Positions 38,341-52,715 are shown, counted from the whole stretch's first letter. The stretch: 63,344 nucleotides of DNA, filler included, from Octopus bimaculoides (GCF_001194135.2; 4 parts of 4 records of this genome joined end to end with filler, not necessarily neighbours in it), one strand, 5' to 3'. Program-made: numbers and translations. Notes: a model not told the origin generated them from the sequence alone.

Positions 38341-38841
38341 TACTAGGTGTGATCAAAAAGTATCACGACTGATGCTATGGTAACGGAGATAGAGTAGGCA
38401 GAATCGAAACCGCTTGGCAGAAACTGACCTTGAACACTATCGCGCATGCCCACCAAGTTATGACTTTCTGCTATTTATAACAGTGCTAGGAGTTAAAGTG
38501 CTTAGAGTTTCGTCATCTCAAAAGGATGATCGAGTTCAACAGCGCAGAATCTCCTTAGTTTTGTAGAAAAAGATGAAAATGTTTTGAAAATGGTCATTAA
38601 AGGTGATGAATCGTGGGTCTTTGCAGTAGAAGACTCGAACAAGTTATGAAGAAGTCGAGGAAATCTAAGAGAATGCGTAAGGCAGCTGCTCACCATGTCC
38701 CGAAAAGGGAGTTCCAGAAATGCTGGAAACGACACTGGATAAAGTGTGCGGCTGTCGAAAGGAGATTATATACCGAATTGATATGTATTGTAGTTTTGTT
38801 TTTATAACACCAGTCCCTGTAATTTTTGATCCGATCTCGTA
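38341..38841 (+). mobile_element. Internally deleted mariner (~500 bp) with both TIRs
   Basis: Left TACTAGGTGTGATCAAAAAGTATCACGACTG, right CAGTCCCTGTAATTTTTGATCCGATCTCGTA. Internal VIKGDESWVF and C-terminal FQKCWKRHWIKCAA remnants. Confidence 0.8.
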
Positions 38842-39099
38842 TAGCAAAACAAGTTGAAATGAATCCGTGCAATACCAAAACTGCTCTAACCAACAAAATC
38901 TAAGCATAACAACATTAACGAAAATAGAAATAAAAAGTATGAGAAAATCTTAAATATAGAAAGATTTTAATGATGAAAACTGCGAATATGAACATAAATT
39001 AGAAATGTAAATGAATATTTAAATTATAATCGATAGATTGATTTAACCACAGACTAATGAGATGCTTTTATGAAACAACTGAAAATAAATCACAGTAAC

Positions 39100-39580
39100 A
39101 ACAAAAAGGACACAACTCTGGTCACTCAATATCATCAGAATAATCAGCTTAGCGTATGTTATGAACGACGAAGGTAAAATTGGGTGAAGAAATCATGAGA
39201 CTCAAAATATAATATAAATCCCTAAGAGAGTTACACGAGAAAAAGCTTCTGGAGAAAAACAAAAAGAAAGAAATCCCTGAGTAATAAAATCAGTAGTGAA
39301 AAACTTATACACGCCAACAAATAATGCAGAGATTAAATCTACATAAATGTAACAGCAAAGTACTTCGCATCAAAGAACGTCTAAAAGAAGTTCTTGTTAA
39401 ATCACAAATAGTTCGTCGTTATAAAAATCAAGAAAGAATATTGTAACCAGCTGAAATTCGATTCCAAATCCAAGTACTTTACGAAGAATAAAGTAAAATT
39501 AAAGCTGAAATCAATGCAACGCCAATAGCAAGATGAACAAAAGAATTTTAAATAGGAATAAGGACTTAACGTGTTGCAAT
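39100..39580 (+). mobile_element. Possible R4/Dong-like LINE ORF remnant (region upstream of RT)
   Basis: KERLKEVLVKSQIVRRYK followed after a frameshift by YCNQLKFDSKSKYF resembles the ..RY....Y.QN..F..N.K.FY block of R4-clade ORFs. Heavily decayed. Confidence 0.4.
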
Positions 39581-40103
39581 TGGTGCTGGTGTTGATAATG
39601 TTGATTTTCATTTCCTCTCACTTCTTGTGCGAATAACCTTCTATTCCGTACTTCCGTTATTTCATCTGCTGTTGATATCAAGGCACCTATGGATAAATTA
39701 GAAACTCTTCCCGCTATTTCTACAGCATGCATTTCGGTAGTAGTATTGGTGGAACCGCTGTTTTTGTTATCGTTATTGTCTCACTTGGTGCTGCTACACG
39801 AACTTTATTACTGGAATTATTGAACGCCGTCAATCGGGATGCTTCAAAAAGAGATTAAAAAAAGAGGACAATGAAACACAGATACGCTTATTAGCGCAGA
39901 AAGTCACAATTTAAAAGTTAGAAACTTGTGCGATACAAAAAAAAGTACCAGTGCCGATAATGACAGAAGAAATAGGCAAAATAATATGCGCCTGAGAGAA
40001 TGGGGTAGAACAATATAAACTTGAAACAAGAAGAAAGTTTGAAATCTGTATTTGTCTAATCTGTCTAATGACTGAAATAAGTAAAATGTAAAAGATAAAA
40101 GGT

Positions 40104-41240
40104 ACTATATATATATACATATTCTGTTTTCTTTAGCTGCAAGGACGCTATTAGGTATGTTATTCATCGGATGACGGAATTTATTGCCAGGTTTCATGCA
40201 GTAATCTCAAAAGATCTGGCTTTGAAGATGCTTTCTTTTTTTTATCTTTTGAATTGTCGTGTCCATTATGTTCCAGAGGTGTCCAATAGGGTTCATATCC
40301 AGTGACTGGCTTGGTCATGAAAGCCTTTTAATGCTATTGTCATCCAAGAGATTTGGGGTCATTTTAGCTGTGTGACAAGGAGCTCCATCTTCCATTAAAA
40401 AAGGTCTTCTTTAAACATTTCACCACTGGAGAAGATTGAATGGAATCCTTTCTGCAATACGGACACATATTTATCTGAATTTATGATTCCCTCACACCCC
40501 ACCATCTCTGATCAACCATTGTTCCAAATTGCTTCCCAGACTATCACACAAGATCCACCATGTTTTATTGTTGGCTGCAATCTTTTCGCACTAAATTGTT
40601 CATCACAGAGTCTCTGGACCCACAGTCAATCAGTGTCAGAAAATACAGCAAACCTGGACTCATCAGAGAATATGACAGTGTCCCAAAATACAAGTGGCCT
40701 CTCCACTATCTCACTGCCCCAATTTTTCTGCGCTTGAATTTGGCTGCTCGAAGAAGTGGCTTCCTTCTTGCTGCTCTGCCAAACTAACCAAGTTTGTAGA
40801 GATAGCTGACAGCTGCTCTGGGACTGACAATAACTTGTTCTGCTATGTCAGAGGCCATGCAACGAGAATTATCCTCGAAACTTTTTTTAGCGAAGTTTCT
40901 CTTCGCTAAGAGAAGTGTAGTTGATCTGCGCGAGGTATTGTGGACTCCTTCCCTTCTCTGGTGAATTGCACAATTACTCAATTAATAGTAGAGAGCAGGA
41001 TACCAAGTTCTTCTGCGATTTACAATATGTCCATCTTCAGAATGACCCACAATATGGCCTCTTTGATATTCAACAGTTCCAAGGCTTCTTTTGTACATTG
41101 CATGATTAAACTGTCACATATAGAACTTGAAATATAAAAATGTCAATAAAATTAAAACATATAAACCTTTACAAGTTAGAATAAATATTAAAACGATGTG
41201 TTATGAGGTGTATATTTACTTCTGTCATGTCAGTGTATAT
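40104..41240 (-). mobile_element. Degenerate Tc1-like (DD34E) transposon
   Basis: Minus-strand IFSDESRF, KHGGSCVIVW, MEDGAPCHTAK and PSQSLDMNPIGHLW motifs; a TIR-like TACACTGACATGACAGAAGT near 41240. Confidence 0.85.
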
Positions 41241-42081
41241 AGTACCTTTAATATATATATATATATATATATTAGACAAAAATGAGATAACAAAGCCAAG
41301 GTTGTAAGGAGTTTTCAGGACAGTTATAAGGAAAAAGATATAGATATAGTCTTACAGCTTTCTCTGATATATTATTCTTCATCAGAGACGATGTAAAATG
41401 GTTAAATAGAGTTAAATATTTGAGTTAGATATGAGGAATTATTATGGAAAAGGAGGAGATAGAGAATATAGAGGGAAATAAGAGAATGAAAGTAGAAATA
41501 AAATATGAAATATATAAAGATATTGTAGGTGCTGTTCTATTATTCGAGGAAAGTGGTGTATAGAAGTGGTAAAAAAGTTTCCTGTACATGATATGGAAGT
41601 TCCAATAGTTCATATTTAGTCATTTCCAAGCATGGAGCCGTGGATTCTATATTCCTCATACGAAAGGATGTTGTGGTGTGAATGAAAATTTGAGTATGTA
41701 TTGGTAGTATTTGTAGATAGATGGTGGTGGGGTGGAGAGAGATATGCGTATGAGAATGAGGAAATAGGTCAAAATGAAAACAAGAAGACAAAATGAAAGG
41801 AAGAAAGACAAAGGTGAAAGAGAAACAAAGGAAGAGTGAACAAAAAGTGCAGAACAGGTGAAAGAAGTGAGAAAAGTAGTGTTAGTTGGTGGTCAAGATA
41901 ATGAGAGGGGTGGATGAGAGAAGAGTTGGGAAGGGATAGGAAGAGGTGAGTAGGAAAGGAGTGAATGAGTGTGAGATATGTAAGTAGGGGTAATATGATA
42001 GAGCTAACACCACCAACTAACACACATTTTCTCACTAACACTCCTTACTTGCCACTCTTTGGCTCTTCTAGATACCAATAC

Positions 42082-42154
<73 letters not shown>

Positions 42155-43056
42155 NNNNNNNNNNNNNNNNNNNNNNNNNNNNNNNNNNNNNNNNNNNNNN
42201 NNNNNNNNNNNNNNNNNNNNNNNNNNNNNNNNNNNNNNNNNNNNNNNNNNNNNNNNNNNNNNNNNNNNNNNNNNNNNNNNNNNNNNNNNNNNNNNNNNNN
42301 NNNNNNNNNNNNNNNNNNNNNNNNNNNNNNNNNNNNNNNNNNNNNNNNNNNNNNNNNNNNNNNNNNNNNNNNNNNNNNNNNNNNNNNNNNNNNNNNNNNN
42401 NNNNNNNNNNNNNNNNNNNNNNNNNNNNNNNNNNNNNNNNNNNNNNNNNNNNNNNNNNNNNNNNNNNNNNNNNNNNNNNNNNNNNNNNNNNNNNNNNNNN
42501 NNNNNNNNNNNNNNNNNNNNNNNNNNNNNNNNNNNNNNNNNNNNNNNNNNNNNNNNNNNNNNNNNNNNNNNNNNNNNNNNNNNNNNNNNNNNNNNNNNNN
42601 NNNNNNNNNNNNNNNNNNNNNNNNNNNNNNNNNNNNNNNNNNNNNNNNNNNNNNNNNNNNNNNNNNNNNNNNNNNNNNNNNNNNNNNNNNNNNNNNNNNN
42701 NNNNNNNNNNNNNNNNNNNNNNNNNNNNNNNNNNNNNNNNNNNNNNNNNNNNNNNNNNNNNNNNNTATATATATATATATACTTATTTATAAATTTCATG
42801 TTATTTATTTGTTCATAACGTATATTACCAATTTTTAATATATCTCGATGTATTGTATAACTTCTTATACCGAACCACCACCACCACCACCACTACCACC
42901 GACGAGGTTTTCATTTAATTATGCATACACATCCTCACGTACATTCTGGACTCCTTTTAGTAACTCACTGTTATATGGTATTAAATAAGCCAAATTATTG
43001 TTGTTATTATTATTATTATTTATAATAATAACAACAACAACAACAACAACAACAAC

Positions 43057-43089
<33 letters not shown>

Positions 43090-43550
43090 CATAATAATAA
43101 TAATGTTGGAGTTATTGTTTTTGCTGTTCTCATTGTTATTATCAGATGTAACAAATGATAAGGTTAGATGCACAAAAATATTAGCGTATCTTTGATCCTT
43201 TTAACAGTTTTTATTTCCACTCGACTTTAAATGTTCATCTATCGATATTATATTACATATTTATATGATAATGCCTTTAATATGTACGGAAAATATTAAC
43301 TTTATTTCTATCAACAGCAACTACTATCAATAGCCCGATCACTTACTATACAACTCTACTTCAATTTGCACCTGCTCAATAAGAAGTACTAATATATCTA
43401 TACAATTTCAATAACAGCCGATTTTGTCCTTAACATTATAATCCGAGAATCCATTACTTCAAACGATTTCTCTCAAAGATGTTATTACCATTGATTTTCA
43501 TATTTTCCATGATCACCCGTAACATATAGCGCAAAGTTAAATGACATTTC

Positions 43551-43552
<2 letters not shown>

Positions 43553-43643
<91 letters not shown>

Positions 43644-43656
43644 NNNNNNNNNNATT

Positions 43657-43699
<43 letters not shown>

Positions 43700-43710
43700 T
43701 TATTATTTTC
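43553..43710 (+). repeat. (TTC)n-(TTA)n microsatellite
   Basis: Direct inspection. Confidence 0.95.
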
Positions 43711-46275
43711 AACTCTATTGGAAACATCATCGTCCTTCTCATCCCTATCGCCGTCATCGTCATCTGTTTTAACATAGCACAAAGCAATTCGGGGTTTTCA
43801 TATATGTCTATACGCTTGTGAGTGTGTGTGTGTGTGTGTGTGCGTGTGTGTGCGCACGTGCCTGTGTGTATGTGCGTGTGTTTGCGCGCGCACACGAATG
43901 TGTGTGTGCATGTGTGCACGCGCGCGCGCGTGTGCTTATGTGAGATTTGGGCATGCGTTTGAAAGCTGAGAATCAGTTCCAACAATTGCTTTAAACATTA
44001 ATAATGGTGGCTTTGAAGATTATTCTAATGCCATGACGTACTCTTATTATGGTCTTTCAACTTATAAAATGTTGCTAAATTTGAAGTATCTCTCTGTTAT
44101 TGAATAATATTTGATAAGAGCAGATTTTCAGATAAGCTAAGCTGAAGAATAAATGCCTTAGTCTATTAAGTTTTATCCTTTATGATTACAATCATATTCT
44201 AGCTTACCGTGACTCGATGAGACACAGTATGGGCACAGTTAATACTAAATGTTGAAAAAAATTACTTTGTGATTATGTAAGCTTTGTTCTGATCGCACTG
44301 CGTTGCAACTTGGTCAGATGTCTTCTTCGGTAGTTGACTAAGCTTTGTCAGCAAAACTGGGTGGTCGAAACTGTGTGGATATCAGGCGCGCGTTCTATAT
44401 CTGAATGTAATACAAGGACTTGTCTTGTCATACATCTACTGTTAAGCTTACATGGCCAGCAGATTACATTCAGTGTACAAGTGATCGAGAAAACCCCAAC
44501 CACATTCATCACATTATAATAAATAGACATGTGTGTTTGTCAACGTTATTTAATTTTACTTGATAAAAACAGCTCTGTAGTGTTTAAATAAACTTCATAT
44601 CATGTAGAACCAGTGGTAAATTTTTATACTTCGTGACTTCGACAATACAGAATCTCATCTACAACATGTAATGCACCGGGCACAATTAAGGGGATTGAAT
44701 CAGTGTCTAGTGACAAAACAATTCGAAACAATAATTATCAATGATACATAAGTATTGTGCTACTTGTAAAGGAGCAAATTGTGGAAGAATTTAGAAAGTA
44801 AAAAACATCTAGACGAAGAAGGATCGTTTTATGGCAGCAGTAAATTTCAAGGGCTATCCCACACAATTAGGAATGAATTTTATGAAATGAAGCTTACAAT
44901 CGAAATAAGAGAACAAAGCTGACAGATCCATCAGTCACAATTGTGTAAGTTATACACATTTATCCATAATAGACACGTGTACTGGCAAAAACTGCAGGTT
45001 GTGTACAGCCACCACATAGATCAAATGCTAAATAGGAAACCGATGCGAATTGAATCAAAATTGGATGAACATATATCAAATATATTACTTAAAATATCAT
45101 TGTCCACATCGCTACATTCCCAAAATTTGTTTTCAAGTTCGAATTTTAAAATATATTTTACTATCTCCGAGGGTTGATATTGTGCGATGGTAATTTTATT
45201 GGGGAATCATGCCAAAGATTTCTTTTGTCACATCCCTTGGGGTACTTATTTTTATTAGTAATATTTTATATAGATATGTTTACGTCAGCAGAGTTTATAA
45301 AATCTGTATATTGTAGCCACATTTCCCTATACCAAAATATATATTATATTAGTTGAAACTATGAATAGTTGAGATGTGTAATGTAAATGATGTTTTAGAC
45401 AGACAGTTGATAGAAATTTGAAAATTAGGAAATTTAAATGGCAATATTGTGAGGCTGATTTGATTTGCTTCGAAACACATCGGTAATTTTATCCAGCAGC
45501 GGTCAAGATTTATTAAATCAACTTCTTGTCCAGTATAACAAGTTGTAAAATATTTATTCAGTGAGTGAGTAGGTTGATATTCAAGTGCTATAATGTTTTG
45601 TCTGGGCCGATTTATTGGTCTGCTGGTGACCAGTGTTTCGAATCACATATAAACTGTTCAAACAAAAACGTAGACATAAAAATCTTCAAATATATATCAA
45701 TTGACGACTTAGCCGTAAAACATAAAACTTCAAATATGCAACAATCCATAATTATGAACTATTACATTTTCATAAATAGTCGTTCACAAATTTTCGTCTA
45801 GAAACAATATTAAGTGATAAATAAAAATTTAAACTTGCATGATTGAACAGCTTAATTTCAATTTGAATGTCACCAACATAGCAATAGAATATTTTACTGT
45901 TCTGCTGGTTCACTCTGTTCTTAGTCAAGTAACACCAGTACCAACTTGGAAAGTAAATGAGGGCTAAATTTCTAAAAGAAACTCAACTGGTAAAAATGTC
46001 CAGTCTGTCTGAGAGTTATTGATGTCACAAGTGGGAATATTTTGAACATTCTGCTTTTACTACACTAACATTAAGAAATTAATGTTCAAAAACATTTACT
46101 TGAATGTGTCAAATATTTCAATGATAGGAATAATTTTAAGACGACATATAATATGTATCTTGAAACAAACACACTCACACACACAAACGAACACATAAAA
46201 TAGCGTTTGTTAGAAATACAGACAGACAGACAGACAGACAGACAGATATACATGCAGGCAGGCAGGCAGACAGGC

Positions 46276-46328
<53 letters not shown>

Positions 46329-46949
46329 TGCATATAAATGTTCGTTGTCGGCTTGAACTATCTGCACTTTACACTCGTATACATACATGCCAGAAAATCA
46401 TTCTATTTCAGCTTGACAGAAAAGCATGACTAATAATTTTAGGTGACATAGAACTACTTCCCCATTCGTATAACCATTCATATTACATCTATTTCTTAAG
46501 AAAGGAATGCAATGTTTATGACCCTTTGCAGAGCCACTGCGACCAGCAAAAGATGTTACGTACAAGAATTTATCCAAATTATGAAACTATTACGACACAA
46601 CTAACGGTATAGAAACAAATTCCTTAATGGAGTCAAGGAAATGTTCGACAGAAGCATTATATTCCGAATAAGTTTCATGAACTGAAGCAAATTGCAGAAC
46701 AGAATAACAAGGGAAAATCTAGACAAGATGACACACGGCAGAGAAGTTGATAGGCTGACCAAGATACTGACATGGAATGCGACCAAATAAGGTGTGTTTT
46801 TCTTCATAGTTCCAAATTTTGTTCATTTTCAAGAGAAATCGCTACTAGCTTTTCTGGAAGTCTTCTTTGAACACTCAGATATAAGTTTATATGGAATTAA
46901 ACAATAGCGTTATTAATAAGAAGCATTGAAATTAATGCATGAAAGATTT

Positions 46950-47990
46950 CACAGCTCTAGAATTACTCCGACGACCGTTTCTGTTGTATCAACATGTATA
47001 TAATACTGAGTCCATTAAGAGTTATGAATTTGAAAAAAAAATATGGTTGAACAAAATCCAATATCAATGTCAAAGCTAACATAAGCGTATATATAAGAGA
47101 AAGAATGAATCAAGGAATATTATCTGGAATAATGCACCATTCACCTACTCAATAACAACCAATATTCCTCGAAAATTATTTGTTGCACTAGATAAATATT
47201 TTCCCTCTTCAATGGGAAATTACTTACTCGCCATAACATAAAATGTTCGCAGTCAGCCAACAGAAATTTGGTTGATATTATATCAACACGTAAGAAACGG
47301 AGAATTAGGGAATATAAGAATTCAAAATCTATAAACAAGAGTAGAATTGTGAGTGTGAATTGTGAATCTAACTCTAATGATAATTTTCCTGAACTAGATT
47401 TAGATATTTTGAGTAAAAAAAACTTTGATAAAACAGTGAAGTTAGCCCCAAGTTTTAATATTAACTATAGTACAAATAATAGTCCTGCGTTACCACCTAA
47501 TTCTGAGAGGAGAGCTAACCATGAGTACCCAATATAAATGAATAAATGCCTGTGTAACTGAAAAAAACAAAATTTTCGGTCCTTTAGAAAGTCAATGTTT
47601 AATGAAAAATTATAGTGTATCAATGCAAAGGAAAAGCAGGGTGTCATAAGTATTATTATATAGGTTCATTGACTGAAATTTGGAAATCTAGATTTCATAA
47701 TCATTTTCATTCATTCAAGTATAGAAGAAAGAATAATTCTATAAATCTTAGTAAATGCATTTGGGATTTCAAAGGTAGGAATATTAAGTATTATTGTGGT
47801 CCATTATGAGTTACGCAGTATCGTACAATACTGGCAATTTTAAATGTGATCTTTACCTTGAAGAAATGTATTATGTAATTACATCTAAATTAATATTAGC
47901 AAATCATAATGGTAATTTTACAATGAAATGATATCACAAATTTAGGAAGAGAATTTAAATACTTCAATCTTTAATTATAATTGTTTTTCA
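46950..47990 (+). mobile_element. Penelope-like element 3' half (RT thumb, Cys linker, GIY-YIG endonuclease)
   Basis: IIWNNAPF...TNIP.K....DKYFP; KCLCN...PLESQC; YYIGSLTE.WKSRFHNHFHSF...NLSKCIW. Confidence 0.85.
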
Positions 47991-48617
47991 TATATGATAT
48001 AATAAGTACGATTTTTCTCAAAATGCTTTGTGTATTTAATAGGTAGACAAGTAACTGTCGTGACGTAGAATTCCTACCTTTGAAATTGTGGTAAAGTAAG
48101 ATTAATATGTTTATTTTTTATTCTTTCGCTATCCACTGACGTCACCAAAAGTTGAATCTCTAAATAGCTTTTCTTAGAATATTATATTTCTTCTTAACGT
48201 TCTTTCTGTATACGTTTGTGTACTAGAGATATTTTCCTAGTTCCCTTGAAAGGGATGTGTTAACATGTATTTTCGGATATAATAATTTGAATATTTTCTG
48301 CATCTAAATATGTTAATACAGTAGAAACGACCGTTGGCATTGTATGGTGAACACAACAATTAAAGATTTCGTATTAGTGTTGTCTTATACTCGGGATTTC
48401 TTGAAATTCTTCGAAATGATATTTGGATCTACTTACACAAGAAATTACATAAGAAATTACCTTGGATGTTTATTGTGTTTGCGTTTATTGGTGACTCGTT
48501 GTGTGATATAGTTATCAACATTCGTTTAAAACTGAGTACTTCTTTGTCTAGACGTTTAAACCCCTTTTTTCTTCTCTTACACACACACGCACACACACAC
48601 ACACACATAATCTGTCT

Positions 48618-48985
48618 TTTATTTCTTACTTATTTCAGTCACTGAACTTCGATCATTCTGGAACACCGTCTTCTAGGATTTTAGTAAAAAGAATCGAGCC
48701 CAGCACTTACAGTTTTAGCCTGGTAGTTCTTCTACCTGTCTTTTGCTAAACATGTCATTTACGGGACATAAATGCACCAACACCGATTGGTGGGGGAAAA
48801 CACACTCAAACACACATACACACACACACACAAAAACACTCACACACATTATCAAATGTGTGTGTATCAACTCACAAGGCTTTAGTCGACTCGAGTCAAC
48901 AATAGAAGTCACATGCCTTGGGACTGAAACCGGAAGAATGTAGTTTAGAAGCAAGCTTCTTATTAAGCAACCACGATTTCGCGCA
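48618..48985 (-). mobile_element. Old SINE family C copy with internal CA tract
   Basis: Colinear, diverged match to 13358-13768. Confidence 0.7.
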
Positions 48986-49082
48986 TCCCCGCAGCTACAC
49001 CTGTGCATATACCTAATTATAAATATGTGAGTGTGTATATATGCATATATATGTATATATGTGTATATATAGATATTATAAG

Positions 49083-49118
<36 letters not shown>

Positions 49119-49122
49119 TACA

Positions 49123-49246
<124 letters not shown>

Positions 49247-50597
49247 TGTATGTATGTATGTAGGTATGCATATGTATATAAATTACAGGGAAACAATTTC
49301 TTTCCTCCTTTTTTCACCTCCCACTTCGTCCCAATAGGTTTTTTTCTCCCCGCCCCCTCATGTGTATCTATTAATGCGAATATACGAATGCATATATATA
49401 TTTGTATTTATACTTGCACTCTCTTTTGCAAATTATCTCAACTCACTTTCTTTTTCACGCCTCTGTGTCTGTTTCTCCCTCTCTTTTACATTTTCTCACT
49501 CCCCATCTCTTTTTTCCTCACCTCACCCCTCACTCTCTCTCTTCCTCTCTGTACATATGATCTAGAAATTGAACTAATTAGGAAAATAACAAATACTAAC
49601 AAATATAAAAGGCGTTCACATTAATAAATACATACGAGAGATGATGGAAACAGAAACACCTATTAAAATTATGCTGTGAGTTGATTTGAGAGGAGAGAAA
49701 TAGTTGTTTTCTAGTATTTTTAAACATAAATGCATCAAGCCAAGAAGCGCTTTTGTATTCGTGGCTTTTATGATTCGGTGATATTGTAATTGTTTTTCTA
49801 AGTGAAAATACAGGAGAAGATACACTTGTTTGCGTGACTATATGCGTTTGTATGAGAGTGGAAAATGCTTGTTTTTGTGTCTGTGTATGTTCGAGGAGTG
49901 ATTATAATGGCGACATTTCAAATGTATATATTTCCCTACTCGTTATTTTTTGTTCCCAGTTTATTCTTAAATGGACAACTGATTAAACTTTGATGATTAG
50001 AAATCTCAGTATGCAACCGTATTAAAATCCACTAATTAACACTATTGAAAAAAGTCCCTGGGAGTAAGTACTATTTCTGTTGTCTATATTGCATAACTAA
50101 CTCACTTGGAGGGCGACTTGAAGCCTATAACCACCAAGCGACACAAAGTATATTCCTTTATAAGGAATATTTTCGATTAGTTTCCATTTTAGCTGTTAAG
50201 TTATGTTTTACTTTTTTTCACTGCTGTTTTCTCAATTTCCTTTCTTTCTTGCATTCCTCATTGCTGTTTTACGCAGGGCGGAGAAGCTACGCGTACTTAA
50301 CTGTTATATCAATCTATTATGGCATGTAGAAATATTCATAGTTGCATGATATTCCTGTGTTCTGTCATGCAGAGATGATTATTAAATAACAAATTATATA
50401 TCGCATATTTTGCTCTGACGCTAGGCTTGAAAATTTACAATTATCAAAACTAATATATATATCAGTTATATAACATTATCTATTTATTTTCTGGGTGTAT
50501 TTCTATCTATCTATCTACTTTATATATGTGTGTGTGTATGGATATATGTTGTAAATAAACTTATAAACGCTGAGTGAATCGTTATTCTAAGGAAATT

Positions 50598-51050
50598 AAA
50601 GGAATTCTCGAACGCAGCATGACTCGGAAGACAGCTTAGAAATCCCTTTGAAAGACGGAAAAAATTCGTCCGAATTTCAGAAGTATAGGGTTCGATTCTC
50701 TAAAAAGGCTCGCTGGCAACTTATTTCCGTCTTCTAAAAGGTATTTACCTGATGTTCTAAATTGTCTTCACAGCCATCCTGCATTCGAGAATTCCTTTAT
50801 CTTCACTCGGCGCAAAGTTGGTTTACAAAATGTTCTCGAATTCTAAAATCATTTAACATTATAAAAAGACGAAATTCGTTCCCACATCCATCTTAGCTCA
50901 ATGGTGCAGACTTCTCAGCCTAAATTTGTGAGGTACGAGGTTCGATTCCCTATACAGGTTAGCTGGCCACATTTTTTTCGTCTTCTGAAAGGTATTTACC
51001 CGATTTTTTAAGCCGCCTTCACAACCACTTTGCATTCGAAACTTCCTTTA
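50598..51050. repeat. Three copies of an ~80-bp unit (one inverted, two direct) with tRNA-like A/B boxes
   Basis: 50598-50666 is the reverse complement of 50721-50798, and 50971-51050 repeats 50721-50798. TAGCTCAATGG at 50894 and GGTTCGATTCC at 50939. Confidence 0.7.
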
Positions 51051-51059
51051 TTTTCTGTA

Positions 51060-51093
<34 letters not shown>

Positions 51094-51096
51094 CTA

Positions 51097-52363
51097 TTAC
51101 GTTGTTCCGAAAATAATGGTCGCTTTAAGTGTTGTATTTTGAAATGAAATTTTATCATTATAGTTAAGGTGAATTTCGACATAGTTAATAATTGATATAT
51201 GCTCTTTTATAATGTGTTACTTATTTCAGACACAAAACATTCTTGAAGCATGAGTACCGTTAATTACGAACATGAAAAAAAGTACGTTCGCTTACTTTTC
51301 TTGCATGAATTCAAGCTTGGGCACAATGACTCCCAAACTACTGCCGATATCAACAGAGCATGGGGAGAGGGGTGCACAAATGATCGCACAGTACGACGGT
51401 GGTTTCAGAAATTTCGTAGTGGTGATGAGAGCCTTGAAGTTAAAGAAGTTAGAGGGCGGTGATGCAGTTTTGACAATGAACAGTTGAAAGCAACTGTTGA
51501 ACAAAACCTACGTCAAAGTGTCAGAGAAATGTCTCAGGCACTTGATGTCGGTATTGTAACGGTCTCACGTAATCTACAGAAGATTGGTAAGCTGAAAAAG
51601 CTCGATACATGGGTGCCGTATGAGCTCAAGGAAAATCAAAAAGTTCGGCGTTGTGATGTGTGCTCGATGCTCTTTCTGCGCAAAACCAATGATCCTTTTC
51701 TTCCCCGAATAGTCACTTGTGACGAAAAGTAGATCCTTTATGATAACCGTAAACAAGGGTCGATGGCTTGATTGTGATGAGTCCCCAAAACATTTCCCAA
51801 AGTCAAACTTGCATTACCAAAACATTATGGCGAGTGTCTGGTGATCTGCATTTGGTGTTGTCCGTTATAGCTTTCTGGAAGCCAATCAGAGCATTACAGC
51901 AGAGGTTTACTGCAATCAACTCGCTGAGATGGATGCTCACTTGCCAAAAATGAGACTTGCATCGGTGAATTGGCGTGGTCCAATTCTACTCCACGACAAT
52001 GCAAAGCCATATGTTGCAAGAATGATGCTGCAGAAACTAACTTAGTTGGGATACGAGACTTTACTGCATCCTCCATATTCTCCTTATCTTTCACCTACTG
52101 ACTGCCATTTTTTAAAGCATTTAAACAATCTTTATGTGTTAAAACTCTCAGTTCCAAACCAAAAGTGGAATCTGCTTTCAAAGATTTCTTAACATCAAAG
52201 CCAATAAGTTTTTATTAACGAGGCATAAATAATCTCGTTGATCGCTGGCAGAGATGCATAGATGTTCGCGGCATATTTTGACTAATCAAAACGTTTCTAT
52301 TGTTAATTTTTCCAGAATAAAATTAGCTTTCTGAAGTCGGCCATTATGTTCGGAACAACCTAA
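51097..52363 (+). mobile_element. Near full-length (1267 bp) inactive mariner, Hsmar1/cecropia-like
   Basis: TIRs TTACGTTGTTCCGAAAATAATGG / CCATTATGTTCGGAACAACCTAA with TA on both sides. Peptides LFLHEFKLG, TVRRWFQKFRSGDESLE, KKLDTWVPYEL, IVTCDEK, LHDNA, HPPYSP. The ORF is broken by frameshifts and stops. Confidence 0.95.
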
Positions 52364-52427
52364 TATTATGGTAGTTCATTGTAATTATCAAACTCTCACG
52401 CTGTTATTTCACTCTGTGCTGAACTAT

Positions 52428-52555
52428 TATATCTTTCCTACTGTAGGCACAAGGATCGAAATTTTGCGGGAGGGGGCCTCTCTATTAGATCGACCCTAGT
52501 ACACAGCTGGTACTTAATTTATCGACCCTGAAAGGATGAAAGGCAAAGTCGACCG
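52428..52555 (-). mobile_element. 5'-truncated SINE family B
   Basis: TCTTTCCTACTGTAGGCACAAGG...GAAAGGATGAAAGGCAAAGTCGACC. Confidence 0.8.
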
Positions 52556-52587
52556 CAGGGGGTGGATGGTGGTGATGGTGGTGGAGA

Positions 52588-52715
52588 GAAGAAGAAGAAG
52601 GAGAAGAAGAAGAAGAAGAAGAAGAAGAAGAAGAAGAAGAAGAAGAAGAAGAAGAAGAAGAAGAAGAAGAAGAAGAAGAAGAAGAAGAAGAAGAAGAAGA
52701 AGAAGAAGAAGAAGA
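52588..52715 (+). repeat. (GAA)n microsatellite
   Basis: Direct inspection. Confidence 0.95.

Noticed and set aside
44340-45700. Cys-containing snippets resembling EGF (GRNCVDI; CDGNFIGESCQ) or C-type lectin (CYNVLSGPIYWSAGDQC)
   Set aside because: Incomplete Cys patterns, frameshifts needed, and no convincing splice sites; consistent with chance.
47465-47555. Minus-strand YSWLALLSELGGNAGLLFVL resembles DEG/ENaC TM2, with a good acceptor nearby
   Set aside because: It lies antisense inside the continuous Penelope linker region, ends in a stop where the motif should continue, and no other channel exons are visible.
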